Assembly: GCA_024224435.1 (NCBI GenBank)
Contig: JAAENL010000539.1
Location: forward strand, 1-55,563
Length of the DNA: 55,563 nt
Origin: Halieaceae bacterium
Lineage (GTDB): Bacteria > Pseudomonadota > Gammaproteobacteria > Pseudomonadales > Halieaceae
Direction of reading: 5' to 3'
Part shown: in pieces, positions 46,371-55,563 of the stretch
Numbering within the stretch: position 1 is the stretch's first letter
How the letters are laid out: every line of letters begins with the position of its first letter
The notes under the pieces: generated by a model
What the model was told of the DNA's origin: nothing
What the model saw: the letters and a program-made list of their open reading frames with translations, nothing else
Databases searched by the model: none
Position numbers and translations under genes: made by a program

Positions 46371-49300
46371 CTATTCGATAACGAAGGGCCCCTCGACAGC
46401 ACGGGCGGTGTTGCCTGCACCATCGACAACGATGATATGTGCGTACCATTTGCCCGGACCGGTGAGATCGAGCCGTTGTTCGCCGGGACCACTATAGGCA
46501 GGTAGCTCATCGAGATCTGCGACCACGTTCCCCGTCAGCCCGGCCCGGTAGACGCTGATTCCACTTGCATCGGTGGCCGCACCCCAGCGGAAGATGAGCG
46601 CTTTGGCATCGGCCAACGGCTGACCCGGCTCGGCCGGCAGAACATCGCCTGAACCGGTCTCGTAGAAGACCTCTATCTGACCGATGGTTGGCGGCGACGT
46701 ATCGACCTGCAGGGTGGATTCGGCGGTGGCCGAGAAGCCGGCCATATCGGTCACACGGACATTGATGTTGACGGTTTTATTGTCGACATGGCCACCAGGA
46801 TGCCAGATAAGCCCCCAGTTGCCCAACGGTCCGACCCTGGCGTGGCGCCACGGTCCGCCGTTGATACTGACGTCCACATGAGAGATGCTAACGTTGTCGT
46901 TGGCATGACCGAAGATGGGAACAAGGAGGTCGTCGACGCTCTGGATCTCGATAATCCTGGTCGTAGTGATGGTGACGGTGGGCGGTGTATTGTCCACATA
47001 GATGACCACGGGTTCGCCCGCAACGCCACCCAGGGCTACCGCCATTTCATCGACGCTCCGTATTTCGTCCGCGGCAGTCGCAGCTGCAGTTGCAGCCGCG
47101 GAGACCTCAGTCGCGTTGCTGTTCTCTTGGTGGATGAGCGGGAGGTGCGTACGATAAAGGCGTCCAACCACCAGCGGTTGGATGACATAGACATCCTCAC
47201 GCTCCGGCGCCCAGTCGAACTCCCAGTGTGCTTCAGTCGGCGGCGATCCCTCCTCCCAGACTTCGGTGTGCCGCACTTGACCGTTGATGGTTACAAGCAC
47301 GGTATGCAGCCCGGTCTCGGAATAGGCATCACCATAGATAGTGATGGGCTGGCCTACCTGACCGGCGGCAGCCGCCGTCGCCTGGTTGTCGTCGCCGGTC
47401 AGCGCGGCGCCGGAGGAGGGGGCGAGCACCTCACTGCCTTGAGATTGCGCTTGCGCTTGAATATCTTCAGCCGCGGCAGTCGTACAGCGACCATTAAGAT
47501 CACAGGCCTGTAGCTGCAGGTCGCCATCGATGGTGCCGGAGTAGGTGCGCGTGGCCACCACCTGATAGAGGCGTGCCGGATCCTCAAAGGTGGCCAGGTA
47601 CCATGGATCGACCTGGTCGTAAGTTGTCGAGGTCAGATCGCCAAGCCGATATTCTGGCACTGTCGCCGGCGCGACCAGCAGACAGAGTTGACTCTGGTCG
47701 AGATTGTAGTCGGTAGCCACGCAGTCGTAGCGGACGGTCGGGGTGACACCCGACTCGTCTATGGTAGCGGTGTAGGTGATCTCCGGTGGGCGGGTGTCGA
47801 TTTCGCCGCGCCAGACACGCTGGCCGCTAATCGGTGTGACATTGCCCAGCTCATCGCGGCCACGTACATTCACCTGGAACATGCCCTCAAGACCATCCAC
47901 GCCCTCAGGTACCGTATAGCTCCAGGTCGGATTGACGTCGCCACTGGTGCTGACCACCTCCCAATTGGCCTCCTGTCCGTAGGCTAAGAGATTGGCAACC
48001 TCGTACGCGACCAACGCGACCTCGTGGACCATCACCTCATCCAGCAGACCGGTGAAATGATCGCTCACATCGAAGCGCGCGCCGACGTGCATGAGACCGG
48101 AACCGCCGAAGTTCGCACTCGCCACGTCCTGGGCCACCTGGACGCCATCGCGGTAGAGCGTGCGTGTACGGGTGGTAGCGTCGTATGCGCAGCTCCAGTG
48201 ATGCCATTCGCTGTCGGTGTAAGTTTCGGCTGTGTCCAGATCATCTCCCCCGAAGGAACAGGTGAAGACGTCGCTGTCACGGAAGCCGAAAACCAGGCCT
48301 TGGTTATTCCCACTTGTTCCTTGTGACAGGATAGTCCCATTGATTCCGTTCCCCTGGCGTTTGGCCCATGCAGAGAGCGTGAACGACTGGTCAGTCAGAT
48401 CAAGACCTTTCGTGACAAGCTGGCGACCGGCCTGGAACATACCGCTCAGATCACGCTGACCGGGCTGTTCCATGACCGGGCACTGTCCTCCGCCACAGTC
48501 GGCAGCATTGTTGGCGCCGGACTGATCCAGGAAATACTTTGTTGCACTGCGTTCATCGAACGGCAGATGCAAAATCGACCCATTAAGTGCAGCGACCTGT
48601 TCTGCCGGCGTGAAGTTGATTTCTACCTCAACAACTTTATTGGCGTCCAACGCCTGGCCAGTCAGTGTAAGTGCAGTCGAGATCACTTCCGTTGTGGTGG
48701 GCGGTGTCTCGATCGTAATCTCCGGGCCGGCGACATCCAGGTTGAGCAGGAGGATGTTGCTCGTCGCGTCGGTTGTGTTACTGACAGCATCGCTGGCTCG
48801 CAGTGTGAGCGTATATAGCCCACTGGGGTTGGCAACGCCGAGCGGCGGTAGCAGATAGCCGAGCGACCAGGAGTTGTCGTTTGCCACTGTCGCGTTTTGC
48901 CATCCGTTTCCGCTAAGCGGCGCCTCGGCCAGGAGTACTGCCTCCAGGCCGGCGACTCCACTGCCCGGCTGTGCACCGGCTGCGGGATCAACCACGGCGC
49001 CGCTCAAGCTCACTTGCCAAACGCCCGACTCATTGCGCGTGGGGCGCAAGATACCGCTTTGGTTGAGGGTCACGGCGGGAGGTGTGCGGTCAAGGATGAA
49101 ACTCTGCGTTGCGACAGTTCCCGTATTGCCGACCAGGTCGGTCGCTTGCGCCGATGCGGTCACATCGCCTTCGTTTACAGCGCTACCATCCACGTTGACT
49201 GTCCAGGCCTCAGTCCCCGATGCCCTCTGCCATGGGCCATCCCCAACTTTGACCATGACATGACCGATGGAAGAGGTTGGATCGGAGGCTGTGCCCGAGA

Positions 49301-52300
49301 CGCCCAGCGTGCCATCGCCCCGGACATATGCGCCCGCGGACGGAGAGGCAATCATCGTGGACGGTGCATCGGCGTCGATGGTCAACTCTCGCGAGAGGGT
49401 CTGGCTGGTCACGCCCAACTCGGTCGTCGTCTCACGCAGCGTGAAACCGCTCAAGTCGAGCTGAGGTTGCTCGTCTACGGATGGTGACAGTCCAACCATC
49501 ACCGTCTCATCCTGTGCCTTGACCTTGGCAAACAGTTCACCGATCTGTTCGGCGCTGAGCGGGGTCGGCCAGATGGCGACTTCATCGAGGACGCCCTGGA
49601 AAGGCCACTTACCGTCAGAGCGTCGACCGATGTAGGTTGCACCAAATCCGCTGTAACCGGTGGCCGCCGTATCTTGTGCGACCTGCACACCGTCGCGATA
49701 GATGGTCCGCTTCCGGGTCGCATCATCGTAGGTGCAAGCCCAGTGGTGCCACTCGCTATCTGTGTAAGTGGCTGATGTACTGAGATCGTTGCCCCAGAAA
49801 CCGCACTTGACACCGTTGTTGCTCATGAATCTGAACTGTAGCCCCTGGTTGTTCTGTGTGACCCCCTGAAAAAGCAGACTACCGTCTACATCATTCTTGG
49901 TTCGCTTGGCCCATGCCGAGAGCGTAAAGGATGAGTCGGTCAAGGGGATGCTGCTCTTCTCACTTTTGACCTTCACGACTACATTGTCCAACCCAAACGG
50001 AGCTTCCGACGACGATTCACCATCAAAGTAGAACTGCAGCGCGTTTTCCGTGTGCGAGAACGATTTTGTGATGTGGTAGATAGACGAACGCAGTTGTGTT
50101 GTGCCCACACTGAGCGTGTCGCCAGTGTCACCATAACCCGGGGCATAGCCGGACGGCCAGATCCCGACCGAGCCGGGCTCATTGTTCCAACCGCTCTCCG
50201 CCACATTCCCTTTGGGATCCTGCACCCAGGCTTTGCCATCATAGTCTTTATGCTGGAAGAGAACGGCAACCGTATCCTTGCCGCCTGGAAATTTAATGCA
50301 GCTTGCATTGTTGTTGCCCACTGTCCCATCGCCTACCGCGGATTGCGCCAGGTCGGGCGTATCCTGTTTGAGCAGCGTCTCTCTACTTGTGCAGTCTTTG
50401 TCTCCATAGAGCTTGATCCCGGTCGCACCACTCGGTGCCGCATTCGGATAGGACTGATAGGTGCCGGCATTTGGGCTAAGGGCAAAGGTGCTGCGTAGCA
50501 GTTGGGTCGAGCCGTAGCCAAATGACCAGATATCGGGGCCAACGACAATCGTGCCGGTGTTGTCGCTGCTACCGCGTGTTCTATTGCCGTTCCACTCGCC
50601 GATCAGGTATAGGTCGAAACTGATCTCGACAGTATCGTGGGGCGGTAGATTGCTCAGGTCGAGCGTTGCTTTTTGGTTCTGCATGAAGCCAAAGAACTCT
50701 TCCGGCTTGCCGTTGCGGAAGTAGTTTGTCTGCGTATTCTTGGGTGACCATTCGTCGGGGATACCTGCCGTGGTGGCGCCGTCGAAGTCGTAGGCATAGA
50801 TGGCGTCTACCTGCGGCACCGGCGCCACTTTCAGTTCGTCTTGCACGCCGTCGAATTCAGCCGCAGTGTAGGCCACACCCTCCACGCCCAGTGTCGGACA
50901 ACCATTGCCGCTACAGGTGGCCGCGAAGCCGTTATTTGCGCTATCCACAAAGGTCGTCGAACCGGGTACTTCATTCAGTTCGTACACCGCCAGCGCGCCT
51001 TCGAAGATGTCTTTGACTTCGGCCCCGGTCAGGGTGCGGTCATAGTAATTCACTACATCCATCTGCCCCTGATAGGCGGGGCCGTAGGCGGTCACACCGA
51101 GTGTGAAGTCTTCGCAATTGGCGCAGATATTGAGGCTGCCCAACTGTCCGCCGGTTACTTCCAGTTCGCCGTTGACGTAAAGCTGGTGGGTCGCACCGTA
51201 GCTTGTGTGCGTGACATGATGCCAGACTCCGTCAGAATAGTTGCTGCCACTGGTGCAGATGGTGTCCTTTCCCGACTGCTCCTGCACCCAGGCGCAGAGA
51301 TTGCCGTTATTCAGATAGATGCGCTCGAATTCGCTCTGGCGCAACAGGATCTCGGCGCTCTGCGCAGTGGTGCGCATCCACAGAGCCGTACTGAATTCGG
51401 CGCCGGATTGGGGGAAGTCCTGGCTAAGCTGGTCGTTCAAGCCGTCGAAGTTCACGCCGTTGCCAAAACGTCCATCGACGCCGGCCAGCGGACAGAACTC
51501 ATCTTTGCAGTAGAAATCATATCCGGCGCCCGAGCTATCGGCGAAGTAAGTCGATCCCGCCGGCTCCTCGAACTCCAGGGCCAGCACCGGCCGCGGTTCG
51601 CTGCAGGAGATTGCCAGAGCCGGATTTGCGCTCTGGCTGCTGCGGCTACTGCGCTGCCCACGCAGCGTACCGTCCGGCGACAACGCCTGGAAGAGAACGT
51701 TTGCATCTCCCGGCTGCGTCCAGCTTGTTACCCATCCAGCGTTCACCGGATCGGCGCACGCCGCGGCTGCCGTATCGTTCCCGCTCAATGCGTCCGCCGA
51801 ATCCAAGGTCACGCTGTCAATGATAGAGGTCGAACTCAGTAGGAGCCCTACCAGAGCGACGTTGGCGGCATCGTTGCGATAGAGCAGCAGGCTCTGCTGG
51901 CTGCGCGGGTCGAAGACCAGCGCAGGCGCCTGTTCGCTGCCGTCTGACATAGGCCAGCCGCTGGCGCCAAGGGCGAGTGTTGTCGGGGACGTCACCATCT
52001 GTCCTTGCTCATTGACTTGGACCCGCTGCAACTGGTTGTTTTCAACATAAATGACATCGTAGGATAGGCCGTTCCAAGCGGTCGTCACGCTTGTGATGCC
52101 ACTTGTGGGACCGGCCGGTGAGTTGGGTGACGCCGAGATCGCTGATTCACCCGGCACTGCCTGCACCCATACCTGGTTATTGCTTCCATTTCCGGCCAGC
52201 CAGGTGACAAGATAGTCGCTGCCATTGCTGGCGACCGCAGGCGCTGATACAGTGCTGCCGGCTCCACTCCACACATCGAATTGGGTTGCGGTGATCACCC

Positions 52301-55300
52301 CGTTCAACATCTGAGCGGCGGCAATGCGGATATTGCCGTTGTTGTCGTTGACGCCCCACACCGCCAGGCAGTGGCCGTCCTCTTCGCAGGCCAGGCTGGG
52401 GCCGGTCAACGAGGAATTTGCGCTGCTGTTGTCGAGCACGGCCGCATCGAGAACCTGGCTGTCGGCGCGGGCGATATAGGCGGAAATCGACTCCACCCCA
52501 GCTGATGCCTGCTCGCGCGTGACGAGCAGGTGTGGCGCCGGCCATCCCGTCGGCGTCACGGCTGCAACCGCCAGGACGTTGCCACCGTTCACAGCAGAAG
52601 TGGTGTTCGAGGTTGTGTTCTGCATGGTCCAGGCAGTGACATCAAAATCAGTCAGTTCCATCTGGCTTTCGATGGTATAGGCGCCCGGCTGGTTGCCAGC
52701 CTGCAGCACCGTGACCAGCGATTGGCTTTCGCCGCTGGATATTGCCACGTCAGCGGCCAGCGGCGCCCCGCTAAAGCCGCCGTTGAGAGCCACCGAAAGC
52801 CGCCCGGCAAGTTCCTGCCCAGCAAGATTGTTGGCGGTCGTCGTGGTATAGACAATGGTCGCGCCCGGCTGCACAAAACCGCCGATCGTGTTGTCATCCA
52901 CATAGAGCGGCACCGGGTTGGGGTTCCAGACACGCGGGTTGTAGACCTCCGGATCGGACGGATCCGCCCAGGGATCACATTCAGGACAGGTGAGTTGGGT
53001 GCGTTCGAAGAGATCGGAGAGCCCGTCGCCGTCTGCATCAGCAGAAAAGGGATCGCTCCAGATACGCGTGCTCTTGTCGACGGCATAGGGGAGCAGCCAA
53101 CCACCAAATGGCGGCAACTCTTCAACGTCAAGCAAGCCGTCGCCGTCGCTGTCGATGTTGCCGGGGTTGCTGCCGAGGCGTAGCTCTTCGCCATCCAACA
53201 AAGTATCGCCGTCCGTGTCCGCCAAGAGCGGATTGAGATCCACAGCGCCCCCAATCCCCGCGCGGTTGCGTGCGTTCAGTTCGTAGAAATCAGAGAGATC
53301 ATCGCCGTCCGCGTCCCAGGTCGTCTCATCCGGATCGGCGCCGCCCATTGAGAAGGGCAGCAGGCCGTCGCCGTCACGATCATAGAAGTGTACGCCGGGT
53401 TTGCCCCACGTTTCTACAGCCACGAACTCGTCGAGCGTGGCCGGCAAGACGTCGAGGACAATGCTGTAACCGACATTCTCGGAACTGGACCCTTTCACGA
53501 ATTTCGTTTCACAAACCCCGAACCAGCAGGATTGGCCGCGCAGCGCATAGGCCGAATTCAGGGTCAGTGAACTGGGTCGGAAATTCACGCTCGCGGCGAG
53601 CGTGGTCGTGACCGATGGCAAGTCCACAAGCGTGGCGTCGTCGCCGGACAGAATCCAGTCGCTCTTGCGACCCCCGCGTGAGGTCGAGAGTTTCTTCTCT
53701 CCTTCCGTCAACGAGTAGACGAAGCTGTTACTATTCAGCTCCTCTTTCCCGCCCGCTTTCGCAGTCAGCGCGGTGGTAATCGGTAAGGTAACCTTCAGCG
53801 TATTGCCGGCGATCATTCCATCCTCGGGATAGACGATATCCAGTTGCACCGTGCCTGTCTCGACGTCCATCTTCTCTTGCAACTTATATTGATAGATCAG
53901 GCCAGCGAGCCACTCGGTAAACATGGCTGAAATGGACCATTTTGCACCAAGAATCGAGGCCCACACATCAATCAACCCGACAAGCAAAACCACGATTGCG
54001 CCGATCGGGCCGGTAAAGAGCACGACCAGGAAGATTGCCACCGCGATGATGATCGTAGCCACGGTGTACCCCAAGGTATAGTTAAATGCAATCGTGCCCG
54101 GCTGTATCTTGTTGCTGGCCCAGAGATAGAAAAAGAAGCCAAGGGCAACGAGGATCGTAATCACGAGGCCAATCACGGCTACGGCCGTACTCGCAACGGT
54201 GACATTCGCTGAGAGTGCACTCCATGCCGATGTGAAGGTGCTTGCCGCGATGAGAACGAAGACGATCTTTAGCATTGTAAAGATGAAGCTGATCGTCGTC
54301 ATTACGAGCAGCATAATCTGGACGACAAACGCAGCTACTGATACTATCTCCCCAATGGTACCGCCAAGATCGGCGGACTCCAGAATCATGATTGCCGTAT
54401 AGATCAAAATGATGGCGACAAAAACAACAGCCGACCAAACCGCTCCTGTTTTCGACGAGTTCTCATTCGCAATCCAAAGTACTTCACCATCTTCATCGAG
54501 AATAAGCTCTCCACGAGGATTCATCTGAACCATGGGGCCTCGGGAGTTCTGGAGCGCAACCAATACATCGGTACTGATTGCGATGCCAGACTGTACGACA
54601 ATAGCCGACTCGACTGGATCGATATTGTAGAGATCCGGATTTAGGTCTTGGGCCACCTCTTCCAATTCAGGCGTATAGTCATAGTAGACTTGTGTCAATC
54701 CGCTGAAATAGCCGTCTGAAACAGCCGTTAGCGTATTGGCCAGGTTACTATCGTCATTCTGCAGTGGATTGGTCAGAATTTTATCATCGACCATAGCAGT
54801 CTGGCTGATCCCCTGGTACGCAGCCAAATAGAGCATCTGTGCCATGGTCTGATACGTCTTCGCTTCGTCCGAATCCGAGATATCGCCAAAACTGCCACCC
54901 AACTGAGCGTTCATTTCGTCCCAGAATTTAATAATGTCCGCTGCCGCCCAGCCGATGGCCGGATCGTAGACGTAGGGCGCCCATTTCACGAGACTCGAGA
55001 GAATGACAGGGTTTGCGCTCTCGCCGCTTTGAGGAAGCGATAACGTCAAGTTCGCCCCGTTCCATGCAATCGCACCATCGTCGCCCGCCTGGTCATTCGG
55101 ATTGCCTTCGTCCAGGTTTAGCGCCCGGAATTGGTGCTGCGTGGCGAAGAGGAGGGTTGGTGTGATGGGCTGCTGTTCCGACCAGACAGAGGTGAAGGTA
55201 TTTTCTAGTATCTTAACGGTCTCGGTCACCGCGATCTGCATCAGCGCCAAGTCAAGTGATTCGTTTTGTACCTTCCCTACGTCGAAGACATCGGGCAGGT

Positions 55301-55562
55301 CCCAGCGTTCTTCCGCACTGACGGCGTCGTTGGTTGCGTGGTCGAAACGACGGACGATCTCGTCAACGGTGACATCCAACTCGCCATCGCCCACGCATTG
55401 ATCATTCGCGTCTAAACTATCGCAGTCGGCAGGCGCGAGGAATGTCTGACTGAGGCCATGATTCAGGCCAAATAGCGAATCCACATAAAACGGTTGGTCA
55501 TAACCGGCTTCGACCTTGACTGTCTCAACTGGATCCTCATTCACAATTGCGACTTGTGCGTC
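46371..55562 (-). CDS. Giant multidomain protein GP4, 5'-truncated by the window (>3060 aa), distant paralog of GP1-3
   Basis: The frame stays open to the window end (DAQVAIVNEDP aligns with DIEVAVFG/DVQVGLFG of GP1-3). Shared core motifs: RFDHATN...ERW, LDLALMQIAVTETVKILE, LDVLPATLDEF. Approximate modules: five hydrophobic helices 53900-54445; Ca repeats 53000-53385; three LamG/concanavalin-like domains (FTLSAWAKR...WHHWAC...YRDG...GVLDEV); beta/gamma-crystallin-like segment 50157-50432; Ig repeats. Confidence 0.9.
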   Translation of the reverse strand, partial: DAQVAIVNEDPVETVKVEAGYDQPFYVDSLFGLNHGLSQTFLAPADCDSLDANDQCVGDGELDVTVDEIVRRFDHATNDAVSAEERWDLPDVFDVGKVQNESLDLALMQIAVTETVKILENTFTSVWSEQQPITPTLLFATQHQFRALNLDEGNPNDQAGDDGAIAWNGANLTLSLPQSGESANPVILSSLVKWAPYVYDPAIGWAAADIIKFWDEMNAQLGGSFGDISDSDEAKTYQTMAQMLYLAAYQGISQTAMVDDKILTNPLQNDDSNLANTLTAVSDGYFSGLTQVYYDYTPELEEVAQDLNPDLYNIDPVESAIVVQSGIAISTDVLVALQNSRGPMVQMNPRGELILDEDGEVLWIANENSSKTGAVWSAVVFVAIILIYTAIMILESADLGGTIGEIVSVAAFVVQIMLLVMTTISFIFTMLKIVFVLIAASTFTSAWSALSANVTVASTAVAVIGLVITILVALGFFFYLWASNKIQPGTIAFNYTLGYTVATIIIAVAIFLVVLFTGPIGAIVVLLVGLIDVWASILGAKWSISAMFTEWLAGLIYQYKLQEKMDVETGTVQLDIVYPEDGMIAGNTLKVTLPITTALTAKAGGKEELNSNSFVYSLTEGEKKLSTSRGGRKSDWILSGDDATLVDLPSVTTTLAASVNFRPSSLTLNSAYALRGQSCWFGVCETKFVKGSSSENVGYSIVLDVLPATLDEFVAVETWGKPGVHFYDRDGDGLLPFSMGGADPDETTWDADGDDLSDFYELNARNRAGIGGAVDLNPLLADTDGDTLLDGEELRLGSNPGNIDSDGDGLLDVEELPPFGGWLLPYAVDKSTRIWSDPFSADADGDGLSDLFERTQLTCPECDPWADPSDPEVYNPRVWNPNPVPLYVDDNTIGGFVQPGATIVYTTTTANNLAGQELAGRLSVALNGGFSGAPLAADVAISSGESQSLVTVLQAGNQPGAYTIESQMELTDFDVTAWTMQNTTSNTTSAVNGGNVLAVAAVTPTGWPAPHLLVTREQASAGVESISAYIARADSQVLDAAVLDNSSANSSLTGPSLACEEDGHCLAVWGVNDNNGNIRIAAAQMLNGVITATQFDVWSGAGSTVSAPAVASNGSDYLVTWLAGNGSNNQVWVQAVPGESAISASPNSPAGPTSGITSVTTAWNGLSYDVIYVENNQLQRVQVNEQGQMVTSPTTLALGASGWPMSDGSEQAPALVFDPRSQQSLLLYRNDAANVALVGLLLSSTSIIDSVTLDSADALSGNDTAAAACADPVNAGWVTSWTQPGDANVLFQALSPDGTLRGQRSSRSSQSANPALAISCSEPRPVLALEFEEPAGSTYFADSSGAGYDFYCKDEFCPLAGVDGRFGNGVNFDGLNDQLSQDFPQSGAEFSTALWMRTTAQSAEILLRQSEFERIYLNNGNLCAWVQEQSGKDTICTSGSNYSDGVWHHVTHTSYGATHQLYVNGELEVTGGQLGSLNICANCEDFTLGVTAYGPAYQGQMDVVNYYDRTLTGAEVKDIFEGALAVYELNEVPGSTTFVDSANNGFAATCSGNGCPTLGVEGVAYTAAEFDGVQDELKVAPVPQVDAIYAYDFDGATTAGIPDEWSPKNTQTNYFRNGKPEEFFGFMQNQKATLDLSNLPPHDTVEISFDLYLIGEWNGNRTRGSSDNTGTIVVGPDIWSFGYGSTQLLRSTFALSPNAGTYQSYPNAAPSGATGIKLYGDKDCTSRETLLKQDTPDLAQSAVGDGTVGNNNASCIKFPGGKDTVAVLFQHKDYDGKAWVQDPKGNVAESGWNNEPGSVGIWPSGYAPGYGDTGDTLSVGTTQLRSSIYHITKSFSHTENALQFYFDGESSSEAPFGLDNVVVKVKSEKSSIPLTDSSFTLSAWAKRTKNDVDGSLLFQGVTQNNQGLQFRFMSNNGVKCGFWGNDLSTSATYTDSEWHHWACTYDDATRKRTIYRDGVQVAQDTAATGYSGFGATYIGRRSDGKWPFQGVLDEVAIWPTPLSAEQIGELFAKVKAQDETVMVGLSPSVDEQPQLDLSGFTLRETTTELGVTSQTLSRELTIDADAPSTMIASPSAGAYVRGDGTLGVSGTASDPTSSIGHVMVKVGDGPWQRASGTEAWTVNVDGSAVNEGDVTASAQATDLVGNTGTVATQSFILDRTPPAVTLNQSGILRPTRNESGVWQVSLSGAVVDPAAGAQPGSGVAGLEAVLLAEAPLSGNGWQNATVANDNSWSLGYLLPPLGVANPSGLYTLTLRASDAVSNTTDATSNILLLNLDVAGPEITIETPPTTTEVISTALTLTGQALDANKVVEVEINFTPAEQVAALNGSILHLPFDERSATKYFLDQSGANNAADCGGGQCPVMEQPGQRDLSGMFQAGRQLVTKGLDLTDQSFTLSAWAKRQGNGINGTILSQGTSGNNQGLVFGFRDSDVFTCSFGGDDLDTAETYTDSEWHHWSCAYDATTRTRTLYRDGVQVAQDVASANFGGSGLMHVGARFDVSDHFTGLLDEVMVHEVALVAYEVANLLAYGQEANWEVVSTSGDVNPTWSYTVPEGVDGLEGMFQVNVRGRDELGNVTPISGQRVWRGEIDTRPPEITYTATIDESGVTPTVRYDCVATDYNLDQSQLCLLVAPATVPEYRLGDLTSTTYDQVDPWYLATFEDPARLYQVVATRTYSGTIDGDLQLQACDLNGRCTTAAAEDIQAQAQSQGSEVLAPSSGAALTGDDNQATAAAAGQVGQPITIYGDAYSETGLHTVLVTINGQVRHTEVWEEGSPPTEAHWEFDWAPEREDVYVIQPLVVGRLYRTHLPLIHQENSNATEVSAAATAAATAADEIRSVDEMAVALGGVAGEPVVIYVDNTPPTVTITTTRIIEIQSVDDLLVPIFGHANDNVSISHVDVSINGGPWRHARVGPLGNWGLIWHPGGHVDNKTVNINVRVTDMAGFSATAESTLQVDTSPPTIGQIEVFYETGSGDVLPAEPGQPLADAKALIFRWGAATDASGISVYRAGLTGNVVADLDELPAYSGPGEQRLDLTGPGKWYAHIIVVDGAGNTARAVEGPFVIE

Positions 55563-55563
55563 G

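Noticed and set aside
1-55563. CRISPR arrays, tRNA/rRNA genes, riboswitches
   Set aside because: No regularly spaced direct repeats or recognisable structured-RNA consensus seen in any intergenic region by eye; an Rfam/Infernal scan would be needed to exclude weak hits.

Overview
About 52 of the 55.6 kb are four paralogous giant genes for predicted surface or secreted proteins. Three lie in tandem on + (about 4570, 4857 and 4786 aa; called GP1-GP3 here). A convergent fourth on - (GP4, >3060 aa) runs off the window end. GP1-3 share this layout: signal peptide, LppX/LprAFG(LolA)-like domain, two TM helices around a poly-Arg loop, Ca-binding DxDxDGxxDxxE repeats, a conserved unnamed core, a second Ca-repeat cluster, then a long Ig-like stalk. 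The core (also visible in GP4) encloses a hypervariable segment, low-GC in GP2-4, followed by 3-5 hydrophobic helices. The stalk carries adhesin modules (FG-GAP, VCBS-like and Kelch-like propellers, three beta-helices; LamG and crystallin-like domains in GP4), and these are inserted inside other domains. All carry an LPLxx(R/Q) motif, terminal in GP1-3 and internal in GP4, which suggests a Chloroflexota host (inference). The best candidate for an undescribed system is this array of polymorphic giant proteins with a putative membrane-inserting core and no adjacent immunity genes; its function is a hypothesis only. The rest of the window holds an aldo-keto reductase (gpr/yghZ-like), two transposase relics, several REP/MITE-like palindromes and one clear terminator. 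Domain calls come from motif recognition by eye, not from database searches, and sub-domain coordinates are approximate.
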